A stretch of 63,390 bases of DNA, filler included, from Phoronis australis (lineage: Eukaryota; Animalia; Phoronida), in assembly GCA_002633005.1 (NCBI GenBank). It is 5 parts of 5 records of this genome, joined end to end, with 100 filler letters (N's around TTAATTAATTAA, not from the genome) between each part and the next. Parts side by side here need not be neighbours in the genome. Positions count along the whole stretch, not along the records: positions 12,912 to 34,935 come from NMRA01000276.1; 4 more parts are not named here. One strand, 5' to 3'. Each line of letters opens with the position of its first letter. Positions within the stretch are counted from its first letter, which is position 1. The notes beneath the pieces are model-generated. The model was not told the DNA's origin, made no database searches, and worked only from the letters and a program-made list of their open reading frames with translations. The position numbers and the translations under genes were made by a program. Shown here in pieces: positions 12,812 through 25,700 of the stretch.

Positions 12812-12911
12812 NNNNNNNNNNNNNNNNNNNNNNNNNNNNNNNNNNNNNNNNNNNNTTAATTAATTAANNNNNNNNNNNNNNNNNNNNNNNNNNNNNNNNN
12901 NNNNNNNNNNN
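12812..12911. other. Scaffold gap with artificial TTAATTAATTAA spacer (also 34936-35035, 51880-51979, 58760-58859)
   Basis: The same 100-nt N / TTAATTAATTAA / N block occurs four times. Confidence 0.95.
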
Positions 12912-13830
12912 CCCACAATTGCACCGCATACGGTATCCTTCTAGGGTTGTTTATTGGTACCATAAAGTGGCCAGTAGAGGGCATACTTTGCAAAATGGAA
13001 AGGCATGGTCATTGTCTCCTCAATAGGCTAGGGGCAAAATGTGAGTAATCTTCATAATACAAGCACATCCTATACACCAGTTGCTTAAAGCACCACAGAA
13101 ACATAGAATTAAAAACAAATTTACCAACATACGAGATTAGCACAGCATTAGAATGCCAGAAACAAATTTCTACTTGGAACTTTTCCTTCATAGTCACGAA
13201 GTAACACAAAGTATACACCTGAAGACCTATGAAAATACAGAGGTCAATGTAAAATACTAAAATTGCCACTAGAGGCAAATACTAAAATTGCCACTAGAGG
13301 CATACCGGTACTCAGAATCATCCTAAAGTCGTCATCGTCCGTTGTTAACATCATATAAATATACTTACACAATTTCGTAAAGATCCTGCGAACGGTTTAG
13401 AAGATACAGCCATAGGCGCAAAAAAAACAAAACTGCCACTAGGAGGCGCCACAGTAGTCGAAATCTTCGGAAAATCATAGTCAACCGTCCTCTACATAGT
13501 AAGCATATACATGCCAATTTTCACAATCATTCTCTGAGCGGTTTGGTTGATAGAGGGGTGGATGCTCAAAAACAGACTCAAAAACACTAAAAATGGCCAC
13601 TAGGTGGCGCAAACTATGTCAAATCCATCTGAACACGGGAGGATAGTGTCATCTCACTAATAGGTGCCTACATACCAAATTTCATGAAAATCCGTTAAGG
13701 ACTTGTGAAGATACAAAGGTAAGCGTAAAAAAATTAAAGTTGCCACTAGGGGACACACCGGTAGTCGGATCCGTCCAAAAGTCGTCATCTTCCGTTGTTA
13801 ACATCATATAAATATACTTACACAATTTCA
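12912..13830 (-). mobile_element. Partial second copy of the Helentron-associated (HINE-like) element
   Basis: Near-identical by eye to 17632-18520, including the approximately 150-bp internal repeats; one end lies in the gap, the other is truncated. Confidence 0.8.
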
Positions 13831-13959
13831 CCATTCACGGTGTCCTGTTCCGGCGACTTCGTAAGAAATTCGCAGTCAAAGAACAAAAATGTTCACAAAA
13901 AAACCCGCGCACGTCCATCGGTTGCCGCTCGAGGTCAAGGACGGTACGAAAATTGCCGG

Positions 13960-15370
13960 TGAGTTACGGAAGTACCTAACGTGAAATCATGCAACCGACT
14001 TTCGTGTTGAGGAAGGTCACTTACTGCACCGTCTTGTGACCATACGACTGTGGAATCAATTGTCACTATTTTCCAAGCTTAATGATGTTTAGCCTTTCAT
14101 CTCAAGGTGTCCCATTTCAGAAAGAACCCTCTCTCGGTGGAGCAGAAATGTCTCTTTGTCCTCTATACATGTAAATCGAACACTGCCAAGTAGGCCCATT
14201 CACGAGGGAGGTGAGATTCCAAATTCATCAAAAAACACAAAACATTCGTGCAAAGTACAGCAGTATCAAGACATTCCACCCAAACAACCAAAAATCTGAA
14301 AAAATATAGTAGGATTGACTGCCATCGAAAGGGTGTTTTGAACGTTGCCGAACCGCTATTTGTTAATTACACAAAAAGGACTATATCCGATGGTTAGTTT
14401 TAGAATAACGTTACTGTTTCCCATATCACAAGAATAGTATCTCTTTTGAAAACGGTTACTCTGAGTTGTTGTAAGGATTTCCCACATGTGCAAAACACAA
14501 CTGCCAAGGCTACCATTGGGGGTGACGTGTACATGTCGAACGAGTGTACTCAAATACTCGCAATAATAAACAAATATTTCACCACTTTTTGAGCTCAACT
14601 TCAACTCGTGATCCGTTATATAGGTACCTCAGAAATGAGGTAAAATACACCTTAATGTGAATGCCCAGTCTCCCATTTTCCCCAGGTTCGTCAAAAATCT
14701 GCGAGCATGCGGAAAATGCTTATAAAATTCCGTTTTGATCGACAAATTCGTTGGTTTCTGATTTACATGTTTGTTTATCTACGAAAACCGACAAGTTAAT
14801 AGATGACTTTTGGCAATAACAAGCTAATCTTTTAAGAAATTATTACTATTCGGGAATTAAGTTGAAGCCTGAATATGGAAAAACTCTGTAATCCGATCCC
14901 CAAATAGTAAATTGCACTTGGACGCTTTTTGCCTATCTAAATTAACTCTCAAAAACATTGACGAAATTTGGAAACTTCCCGAATGTTTACTAACAATTCA
15001 AATGACAATAAATGCAATGCTTTCTGATTTACATGTTTATGTATCTACGAAAGTGGACTGATTGAGAGATGTTTTTTGACAATTAGAAGCTAAATCTTGT
15101 AAGAAATGACAATGCTTCAATGTACTTAGTTGCAGACCGACGTTAGGAAAATTCGACATCAGATCCCCAAATATAAAAGTACTCTAAACGAGATTTGTCT
15201 ATCTGAAATAAGTCTGAAAGAAATTGAGGAATTTAGTACAGCACAACAAAGTGTACCAAAATGTTCTCACACTATCAAATGACAAGAAATTGTTTATTGG
15301 CTTAGGAACTAGATTACTGGGTTTAAGTTTACAAACTGTACATAGAAAAAGAAGTTTAAGTACTTAAACA
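13960..15370. repeat. Interspersed repeat, homologous to 28290-29260
   Basis: Shared blocks such as CAACCGACTTTC.TGTTGA, GAGATTCCAAATTCATCAAAAAA and ATCCGATCCCCAAATAGTAAA; an internal subunit is duplicated (about 14750-14990 vs 15020-15240). Confidence 0.7.
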
Positions 15371-16299
15371 AATAAAATCTAACTCATAGACCCAATTCAT
15401 GCCGACAGGAGGCGCGTTCCAAAAGGAGGCTCGCTACAATAGCCAGCAGTGCTGTAGTGGTTGAAAATTTGAGGTAAGTAGGCACCCAGAGACCAGAGCC
15501 CACCGCATCACCTTGAGCACTGAATGTAACTTGCGGTGCGTAGCCGGGCGCTACGTTCAAATGCCAAAAGGTGGTTGGCTGCGCCTACATGCACCTACGC
15601 CCCACTGCAGTACTGCCCGACTCACAAAAATGTAGGCCTATATTGGGCTCAGGAGTGGGTGTTTAGATTATGTATTAGCTGATCTAGGATGTGGAGATAG
15701 GGGGTCCAACCGCTCATATTCGAAGCCAAAAGTAACGCCTAGAAATGATATTTGGTGGCGATTTTTAGTCGCTCGTGGGGGTGTGTCCTCGAATATTTCG
15801 ATCTCCCTTTATCCACCAATGGTGTGACGCTATAAATGTTACTTTATCTTGAAGTATTAATGAAAAAATTCATTACTCGGCGAGATTATGTTACTCTGTA
15901 CGCTTCATTACACGAACACGATGTTACACCGCCGCACTGATATTTTAATGAGCTGAACACTATGTACAATGTGCACACGTGCATGTGTTAATGTGTAATG
16001 CCCAAATTTGAAGTGTTGGTTTCTTGCAAGCAACTGTTCTTATTTTTTAAAGTTAGCAAAATACTAGGTACTAGTGACTGTCGTGTATTGAGTTTCTCCC
16101 AGATGTTTATTAGTTCCGGTATGACGTTTCTCCTTAACGTGTACAAATAGTTTTCTTGCATGTGTTTTAGTCACTTGGATGTCGTTTGCTTTAATGCTGA
16201 ATACTTTGATAATATATTTCTTATATCATTCAATTGGTTTTATATAAGTCGTACGCCAACGACGCTACAGTGATCAGTCCAAAGATAGACTGATTATAG

Positions 16300-19200
16300 T
16301 TACAGAATCCTCCACAAACTTATTTTATCGCCAGTTTTGTTCTTTTCCAAGTCACATGATCTCGATATAGAACTATCAACAGTTCTGAGTTGTGAAATCC
16401 ACGTTTCGGCATAAGGTTGTGGGTCAAACATGGAAAGCGGTGGACCATTGTCAAACAGCAAGCTGGAAGTGGTTTCTAATAGCGAACAAGAGCGAAAGCC
16501 TGTTACTATCCGATTCATTCAAATTCAGCTATACTGCAAGGAAGAATCTAATACAGAGGTCCAGTTATCGCAGAGCACTTGGTAGCTTGTTTACTCTAAC
16601 CGTTTCCTCCATTTCTATAAACTCGCGCATTCCCCTGATTGCTGATGTGACAATCAGCCCAAACCGTTCTCAAATACGCCTGACTTCATGCTCGTCATGT
16701 CTTATCCCGGATCCCATCGTCCATGTTTTGGGGTCCAAGATGCCCAGACAAGAGCAAAATGACTGCTCATCATTGTCAAGAAAACGCTGTTCCAGGTTCA
16801 AAACAACACTTTGAAAAAACTGACCAGGGCGCATGGTCAGGGTAGTTCCTTTAAGGGTTTCCATCAGCTCCAGTGACCCACTCAAACCTCTTCTCTTTGA
16901 TGCATTTCAGTGCAGTGGCGAATGCCTACACGGGATTATCAACCATAGACTTGAGGACGCGTAGTGTCCTACGAATAAGCTTGTCTGCTTGCGGTATTGT
17001 TGTGGTTCTGCATTGTGCATCTGCGCAAGATTCTGAATGAAAGTGGGACTTTCCAAGTATTGCAGTAATCCCAAAAACACACTCCAATCACTTGAATGAC
17101 GGTTTCTGTCTTCACTGCCTAACTGGAAATCTTGATGTAGTGCCCTCAATGATCTCCACGTACCTTCACCGTTCTGAAACTGCTTGCCACTCCAACGAAC
17201 GTCAAGCACGCGACCTATTCGAACAAACTGGCACTCAAGATCAGAAGCTGCAGCTTTCAGCTCGGCTTGATTTTTGGGTGATCCGATGTAAAGTGAATAG
17301 AGTTTGTCCATAAATACTCTGAAATGAACACACCCAGTCACCTCTGCCCCGGTATCCCCAACTGCCAACTCAAGTCTGTGGTTTAAGCAGTGCCAAGTCA
17401 AAAGTCTAGGGAAGCGTTCGCCTAATCTTGTTGCAGCTCTAGAACGTTTTCCTGTCAAGACACTGGCGCCGTCACTTGAAAATGCAACGAGATGCTCTTG
17501 TAAATATTCCATAGTAAAACGGCATTCTTGCAGACTGTTGAGAAGGACGTTTCAATGGATTCGGAAGTTTGCTAATCAAGCTCGACAAGGTCAATCATTA
17601 TAACAAGAGCAACGCAGAGCGTTGAAATGCGCCCACAATTGCGCCGTATACGGTATCCTTCTAGGGTTGTTTATTGGTACCATAAAGTGGCCAGTAGAGG
17701 GCATATATGTAGTATGTTGTACTTTGCAAAATGGAAAGGCATGGTCATTGTCTCCTCAATAGGCTTGGGGCAAAATGTGAGTGATCTTCATAATACAAGC
17801 ACATCCTATGCATCAGTTGCTTAAAGCACCACAGAAACATAGAATTAAAAACAAATTTACCAACATACGAGATTAGCACAGCATTAGAATGCCAGAAACA
17901 AATTTCTACTTGGAACTTTTCCTTCATAGTCACGAAGTAACACAAAGTATACACCTTAAGACCTATGAAAATACAGAGGTCAATGTAAAATATTTAAATT
18001 GCCACTAGAAGCATACCGGTAGTCAGAATCATCCTAAAGTAGTCATCGTCCGTTGTCAACATCACATAAATACACTTGCTAAATTTAGTAAAGATCCTGC
18101 AAACAGTTTGGGAGATACAGCCATGGGCGCAAAAAAAAACTGCCACAAGGAGGCGCCACAGTAATCAGTCATGGGAAATTCAGCGTCAACCGTCCTCTTC
18201 ATAGTAAGGACATACATGCCAATTTTCACAATCATACTTAGAGCGGTTTGGTTGATAGAGGGGTGGACGCCAAAAACAGACTCAAAAACAGTAAAAATGG
18301 CCACTGGGTGTCGCAAACTAGGTCGAATCCATCGGAAAACGTTAGGATAGCGTCATCACACTAATAGGTGCCTACATACCAAATTTCATGAAAATCCGTT
18401 AAGGACTTTTAAAGATACAGACGTAAAAAAATAAAATTGCCACTAGGGGGCACACTGGTCGTCGGATCCGTCCAAAAGTCGTCATCGTCTGTTGTTAACA
18501 TCATATAAATACACTTATTAAATATCGTAAAGATCCTGCGAACGGTTTAGGAGATACATGTACAGCCATAGGCGCAAAAAAAACAAAACTGCCACTAGGA
18601 GGCGCCACAGTGGTCCAAATCGTCTGAAAATCATTGTCAGCTGTCTTCTTTATAGTAAGCACATACATGCCAATTTTCACAATCATCCTTTGAGCGGTTT
18701 GGTTGATAGAGGGGTGGACGCACAAAAACAGACTCGAAAACTCTAAAAATGGCCACTAGGTGGCGCAAACTATATTGAATCCATCTGAAAACGGGAGGAT
18801 AGCGTCATCTGACTAATAGGTGCCTACATACCAAATTTGATGAAAATCCGTTCAGGACATTTGAAGATACAAAGGTAAGCGTAAAAAACTAAAATTGCCA
18901 CTAGGGGGCACACCGGTAGTCGGATCCGTCCGAAAGTTCGCACATGCCGTCCCATTCATGAATGGAACATATGTGCCAAATGTCATGAACGTATGTCAAA
19001 GGCTTTTGGAGATAGAGCAGCGGACGCCGCACGCCGGACGGACGCCGCCCGTACGGATGGACGGACGGACGGGGATGACGGCATAATGCGTCCACATATA
19101 AATATGTGGGCGCATAAAAAGTGGATCGCTACCACCAATAGATGCTCTTATGGACATGCTCAGTGCGCTTAATTTGCTTACCGTTGTCGCTTCATCGACT

Positions 19201-19880
19201 AACACAGTTATCTTGCTATTTTCAGCCATAACTATAATGACGATTTTTTGCGCATTTGCTTGCTTATGTGCTTGATTTTGGACGTTGCACTGAAACGAGA
19301 ATGGAGCGTAACACCCAAATTCAAACCATTCAGTTTTTGAAGATTTATGACATGCTCGTGATCGGTGAACGGATGATTCATTTGAACAAGTGAATAAGCT
19401 GTTCTGAAGACTTTTTCTGTTGTAGTCTGCTCATAAGCTACAACTTTAACCAATGTATTTTCAATGGTTCTCTTAATTTTAATTTCGTCAATACTTTGAG
19501 AAATGCTGTGGACTTTAGAGCTCATATAACGACTGATTTTATTCCTGAGCGACTTAAGTTTAGCTAGTCGGGAATCTCCAGCTGCTTCTATCAGAAACTG
19601 TGTCCACTCCGAAGATTTTGATACGCCACTTCCTAGTACATTAATGCAAGAAACGCAACTCAGTTTTCCATCCTTGTGTTCCAACCAGGGATACTTTTTC
19701 TTGAATTCCATCCACTGATCGTAATTCCACACGCGTGGTCACAGTGACAAGTCATTATTTGGAACACCTGCAGATATTTACGTTTCATACGTGAAGTGAT
19801 CCGTTTCCGCAATACTAGTTTCAGCAAATGAGTCACTTTCAGCAGAAAGATTTGGTCCCGTGCTTTCTGATCTCGGCATC
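16300..19880 (-). pseudogene. hAT transposase, frameshifted and interrupted
   Basis: Motifs LVDEATTVSK, FSSDGASVLTG, WHCLNHRLELAV and VLDVRW across ORFs 19232-19732, 18996-19229, 16907-17512, 16670-16885 and 16300-16518; GGSDPLF rejoins IMIDLVEL once 17602-19118 is removed. Confidence 0.88.
17602..19118 (-). mobile_element. Helentron-associated non-autonomous element (HINE/DINE-1-like) with internal tandem repeats
   Basis: Subterminal inverted repeats ATGCGCCCACA (17627-17637) / TGTGGGCGCAT (19105-19115); terminal hairpin CAACGC-AGA-GCGTTG (17610-17624); (GGAC)n microsatellite at about 19021-19072; inserted in a T-run with no TSD; central repeats of about 150 bp. Confidence 0.82.
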
Positions 19881-20205
19881 TTCTTAAAATATTTTAGTAC
19901 CGATTGGCAACCAGTTGACAGTTTCATAGCAGCACAAAATTTAAAAGCCCTCAATTAAACTTATAATTCGACAGCAATGGGTTCGTCTCGTTTGGACGAG
20001 TAACTTGATTGCAATGACCAGCTGCAGGAACCGCGTGCACTCCAAACAGCAAAGTAAGACTGATGCTGTTATTGATGTTTGCCAATACCTCATCGAAGCA
20101 TGCCTGGTGGTCGCGCTCGCCGAAATGTTCGGCAACAATGCTGTCGTGAGCGTAAGAACGTATTGATGCCCTAAGCTAATCGTTTCAACACTACGCCCCA
20201 CTTAA

Positions 20206-21251
20206 AGGCGAAGGCAATCCTTTTTCATGTCTTTTTTAGCAAAAATAACGTTCGTTGGTTATCCCAGACAAATTTTCCACTTAATTACAGCTTTTTGTAA
20301 TTTAATTAATTATTCGTTCTCTACTCTGGAAGTGACGTTTTGGGAGGCAAGCATTTCGCGCCAATTTCTTTTCTGTGAGAGCTGCCGAGTCCATCATTGT
20401 TCTATCTCGGTTGTGATAAGTTCGGTCGTCGTTTGCTATTGTTTACGAGTCAGTCAACGTGCCACACTGTTGCTGCGTACTGGGATGTAGGCCTACTCAT
20501 TATTGTCTCACGGACAGAGGAACAACTGTCCCATTTGCCCGAGTGTACCGCGACACACTCCCACCGGATAGTGACCTGAGCACACAAACTGCTTACACCC
20601 CCGTGTGACTCCCTCGCCAGACACCTGGCACCTTCTAAATAGCTCCAATACTTTAAACAAGTCCACAATAAACTTATCAAAGTTTGGCTCACCGAACTGT
20701 TCATTGAACGACGAACTGTACTCTTCACTGACTGGACCTGGCGTGCGTTCAGTAGACGCTAGGACCTACGCTAGGACCTAGCCAAAAGCTAGTCAAGGTC
20801 ACGTGCTCTTATTTAAAATACACGGCAATATCTCGCGTAATCTCGCAAAGTCTTGCTTTTAAGCTAGGTCCTAGCGTTACTGAACGGGAGGCTGTATTCA
20901 CTCCCACTACTCAACATCGCAGCAGGGCTGCTTACAGGCTTTGAGCCATAATGAGTACATCCCGGTACGCAGCAACGGTGTGGCATGTTGACTGACTCGT
21001 AAACAAAAGCAAATGATGACCGAACTTATCACAACGGAGGTAGATCAATGACTGACGCGACAGCTCTCATAGTCAGACAATATGAAAATAAATTGGCGGG
21101 AAATGCTTGCCTCCCAAAACGTCACTTCAGGAGTAGAGAACGAATATTTAGTTAAATTACGAAAAGCTGTAATTAAGTTGAAAATATGTCTGGGATAACC
21201 AACGAACCTAATTTTTGCTAAAAATGACATGAAGAAAGGTTGCCTTCGCCT
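20206..21251. mobile_element. Non-autonomous Kolobok-type element (two left ends), nested in the hAT
   Basis: TTAA TSD on both sides (20202-20205, 21252-21255); termini AGGCGAAGGCAA...TTGCCTTCGCCT; same family as 31567-33239 and 59943-61272. Confidence 0.88.
20740..20892. mobile_element. Small hairpin/MITE insertion inside the Kolobok copy
   Basis: Inverted arms CGTTCAGTAGACGCTAGGACCTA / TAGGTCCTAGCGTTACTGAACG; absent from the sister copy at about 60480. Confidence 0.6.
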
Positions 21252-21345
21252 TTAAACATCACGTACGGCGCGTTTAGCCGCTACCTTATAGTGTAGAAAG
21301 GTGGTTGGCTGCGCCTACGTGCGCCTACGCCCAACTACAGCACTG

Positions 21346-22755
21346 ACGATAGCTGTGTTAGCTTATCGGCTTAGTACGTGGTGTAGGGCCGCGTTACTCG
21401 AACGGCTAGAAAAATACGGACACTCAACTGTCTGCTTTACAGTCCCTAAGGACGTTGAGATTCGGAAGCGTTGGGTCGTTGCCATACGCTGCGACGAAGG
21501 AAGATGTGTCTGTGTAAAATTTATAAATGTTTTCGAAAAGTTTAGATCAGTTGTCTGATCTCGGTTGCCAAGCATCGATAGCAACGGCCGGAGAATCTTC
21601 GGCCAGCCAGGCTCATGACTACGGGTTGAAACATGAAGCAATTTTCTTTCCAAAGCTGACAGGACCCTCAATCCCTCGATTTTGGGGCCGAGTGTCGGCC
21701 CTATTTCCCTCTCTCAAAAATAATGCAAAGTCACGCGAAATTACCCCGCGAGGCCTAAAAATTCCCCTATCGCCAAGTTCAAATCACCTGTAACCACACA
21801 CGCGACAATTTGAAAGAGCACAAAATGCTACTTTAAATTGAGACAAAGCCTATGAGAGCTTGCAATCGGCGGAGGTGCTATTGATGGTGATCGGGAGGTA
21901 GATTTTCCCCTCATTCAGCGAAAAAATCTCTCAGAAGGCACAGGCACCTTTCCGCGGCCTCGGATGAACGAGGCGCCTGGAAACATTTTAGCTATGATTG
22001 CTCGATTCAGTTAACTGAATCGAGTTCTAAAACAAGTTTATGCTTTGGACGGACGAATTAGCCGATTTGATTTTAAAGTTCAACCCGATATTTGAAACTT
22101 AACGCATGAAGGTGTCGTAAGAATTATTAAAACCAAGAAAGCAGAATTGATGGTCAAATAATTTTTATTTTCATTGATGAGCCTGGTTTTTTATTTTAAT
22201 TAAATATATATTTAATAACATCAAGTATTCTTTCAGATCAATGACAAATCAACTGTAAGTCGCAGTAGTCCCCACCTCACCAGGATCAGTCTATGCGGCG
22301 TCATGTTAATATTCTTGATCAACAAATTAAACCAGGTGGGACTACTTGCACTTGACAGCAAAATGCGATGAGTCACCACTGTCGAATATATCTTCAACTC
22401 GTCAACAATACGAGCAGATGACCTGGTTCGTGTAGAAAGCATTTTATCAACAATTTATGCGTAACCCTGCGTTCAGCATAATCCCTAATCCGTGACACTA
22501 CGATCGCCGCAATTTGGTCATATTTACTTTTCATGTTTCGAAAATAGTTTTCCAAAACAATTATTAACCCTTTAGTCAGACAACTCTTGGACCATTGAAA
22601 TGTTTTCTAATCTATTTTCCGATGTCTCTGTGTTTATTTGTAGACACATTCCAGGTTGGACTCGAAAGACCGGACATTTAACTCACGCAATGTCAACTTT
22701 CGCTTTTAAGTTGTTTATCGCAGTGAGCCTCGCTTTGGATTTTAATGTCCGCTGC
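21346..22755 (+). repeat. Interspersed repeat with a THAP-domain relic, homologous to 37820-38445
   Basis: Both copies encode FTxPKDVEIRKRWVVxIxCDE; shared downstream blocks from CGTCAACAATACGAGCAGATGACCTGG to GAGCCTCGCTTTGGATTTTAATGTCCGC. Confidence 0.7.
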
Positions 22756-25700
22756 GTGAATTAGGTCGCACTCCCTTGATGTTTTTAGTTTCCAGTAGTA
22801 TTACGCAATGAATTATTGTTCTTAAAAACTGAATCGTTTGCTTGCATTTCCCGCGCATACTACACACACACACGCTATGCAGGCACCCAGTCTAAAATAT
22901 GAGGCCTCGAATTTTTTAGGATGTGGACATGATTTCACTAAAAAAAGGAATACGGGGCTCGTTCAGGGCTATGAATTGTGCATACGCCGAATTCCTGCCT
23001 TAGAGGACTTTCGTCTCGTTTTTCTCGGACTTTCTGTTTCTTTGAGGCGGACCTTTCTGCCCATATATGGGGGGCTCTTTCGCGCTCCCCCCCCCCCACC
23101 CCTGGGTGCATGGCACACCCACGTTAAAAATAAGGTGTAACCAAGCTGTAGACCTGAGTATAATCTCAGCTACCCATGGGAACTGAATTTGAACTCCAGA
23201 CGTTGAAGTGTGTACATTTTTGGAACACACATTTCCCCCACCAACCAAAAATTGGACTACCGACTGTGTTTCATCTAGGAATTCTGCAAAGCACACTGCA
23301 CAAAGGCAAACATGACAGGCACCTTGGGACCTCACCTTTCCAGAAAATTACTTCAAAGAATGGCCATAATAACAAGAGAAGAGGACACCTGTTGGAACCC
23401 AAATATAGTTACTTCAGGCAGCTCCCAGCTACCCGTCAGTGCATTCTTACTCTCCGTGAAACTTTGTTGGTTCACGGTTACTCAAACCTTGATGGCTGCA
23501 TCCCCGGTATTACCCCGCCCACCTTTGGCGGACGTGAGGGGTTCGGCCGGGTAGGCTACAAATGGTGACATCCAGAGAACGCGGGAGGTGAGGTGGCGAT
23601 AGCAAGGGGGTAGGTTGGCGTAGTCAAATTATTTGGTTTGTGCCCCCTCCCCCCCCCCCTCAATATTTTTTCCTTCCTACGGTCCTGGCCCTGGGCGGAG
23701 ATTAGGGCGTTGTTGTATTCTTACTTTGTTATTTTCATCAGTAGGAGTCTATAGCCGTAGGCAGCAACAAGGAGGTATAAACATGTACCATGCAGGGCTT
23801 GAGCACCTTCATGTGATTGACTCAAATGTTGTGGGAAAGGAAAATGTTGTATTACTGCACAGGTTCACTAGTTGTGCCTCAGAGAGTACTTACAATGCAC
23901 GGTCAATCTGTACGGCTGAATTTCTCGAAGGTCCAGATTTGATAGGCAAATTTCCCGGGCTTGGCGATGTATTTATAGTGCTTCCATCCGGGGAAACTGT
24001 CACACGGACAAATCACAGGACAGCACAACCAAGGGCAAGGACGAATGACTCGCTGGTTCCCTTTGTGCCGCTAGGTGGTTAGTGCAAAGACCATGACGTC
24101 ATATTGGAGAGTGCTACTAGTCACGTGACACGGCTAATTGCCATGTAAACAAACGTGGTCAATTGTCCTTTTCAAAGCGCGATATCTAACAAATAAAGAG
24201 GCCAAAGAGTGTGGCTATTCCAGAAACAAACTAAAACATGTGATGTAGCACTTACATGCGTTTTTTAAAGAGTTAATCAGTCGATAGGGAAAATATCATT
24301 CTATTAGAAAATCGCAACCAGTGGCAGATTTTCAAGTGGCCTGAGCGGCTGCACGTCTGTCAATCCACTGCGGGCTTTCTATTTTTCCGTTTTTCTCAAG
24401 AGAAACCGCTAAGATCACGCAAATTTATCATTTAATTCATGTGGCTCCGCGATGCATATACATTATATCGAGGAGACGTGCCGCTCACTCAGAACGTACT
24501 TTCTCATTGATGCCGTAATTAGGAGCCTTTTCACTGATTGCTGAACAATAACCCCGGATAACTTTTTAAAATTAAAATATGCCCCGGGTCGCTTTTAATG
24601 GGGTCTAAATTTAATGTTAACTACTGAGGAAAATGATCTCATTGGGGCTCTTACACAAAATGGCAGGTTTTCAACGTTCCGATTGGGGCGTTCTCCCGTT
24701 CTGTACAATGAGTTGTGTGCCGTGTGATAAGCTCTAACTGGCGAGCATAGTCTTTGTCTGGTAGGACGACATGCAGATAAATTATGTACCATGCTTATAA
24801 CCGATCACATGTGAACACAGTACATGGCATGTTCAGACAGAATAGATTGTCTTAACTTCGACTGTAGTTGGGCGATTTTGGTGATTCAAAAACTATAGGC
24901 CTAGGCTTGATCACTATTGGATGGCCAATTCAGGAATGTCATTGGTTTATGTTCAAACATTTTATAACTCAACTTATTTTAACAGCACAGCCCAGTGAGG
25001 ATATAACATACGATCTTATCGGAGATAAGTGCAATTATCGAACAATCCGAGAGCTGACCCTCCACACCTAATAATTGCCAGAATGGACTTTATCAGTCGT
25101 CAGCGTATTATAAGATATTGGCGACAGCGGTCATCCGCTCAACTTTAGTTAGGCTCAATGGGAGAACGCCGCAATGTAAAAACAAAGAACAGAGACTCGG
25201 TTCCTTTCCTCTGCATGGCTCGGAGTTGCCAACGTACAAATACTCTTCTCTCACGCACGGTATTCCTCACTCACGGATCTGAAGTCCCCTCGGACAAGCA
25301 GCAGGCACTTGTTGGCGTTTTGTAGTATCCCCACACCGTGTAATTGTGTCCTCACATAGATCAATCTCGCTCACACACATTATTTCGGACCATTCCTACC
25401 CACCTCCGCCCTTAATCTGATATATGTACTGCGCGACCCTCAGAGCCTAGAAATTTAAAATAAATTCTTCTCGCACGTACGCTGCCTACTCATGCCAACC
25501 CCCTGTTGCGGGGGAACCGTTGAATAATGACGGGACAGGTTTTCACGGACGTGGGGTCATTTTTTTGCTGGCTGAAAATTCTTCACATTAAATTTAGAAT
25601 CTGTCAAAAAACTAACCGAAGTCATTTTTCACGGGGTCATAATTAATGCCACAACGGCTCGGTTGGGTACATTTCCATTCGGTTTTGAGTGGGAAATTTT

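Larger units (their letters stand above)
15444..21345 (-). mobile_element. hAT DNA transposon (ZNF862-like transposase), inactivated by nested insertions
   Basis: TIR CAGTGCTGTAGT (15447) / ACTACAGCACTG (ending 21345); 8-bp TSD ACAATAGC (15436-15443) / ACGATAGC (21346-21353); an empty-site equivalent lies at about 37820-37930. Confidence 0.88.

Noticed and set aside
12856-12867. TTAATTAATTAA motif recurring four times inside N runs
   Set aside because: Artificial scaffolding spacer (stops in all six frames), not biology.
18000-18912. Regularly spaced repeats as a CRISPR-like array
   Set aside because: The spacers are themselves repeated (A-B-C trimer), the context is eukaryotic and there are no cas genes; it is a satellite inside a HINE.
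22838-24082. Cluster of overlapping 80-150 aa ORFs in GC-richer DNA
   Set aside because: No recognisable motifs, splice pattern or termini; could be an unclassified repeat but I cannot support a call.
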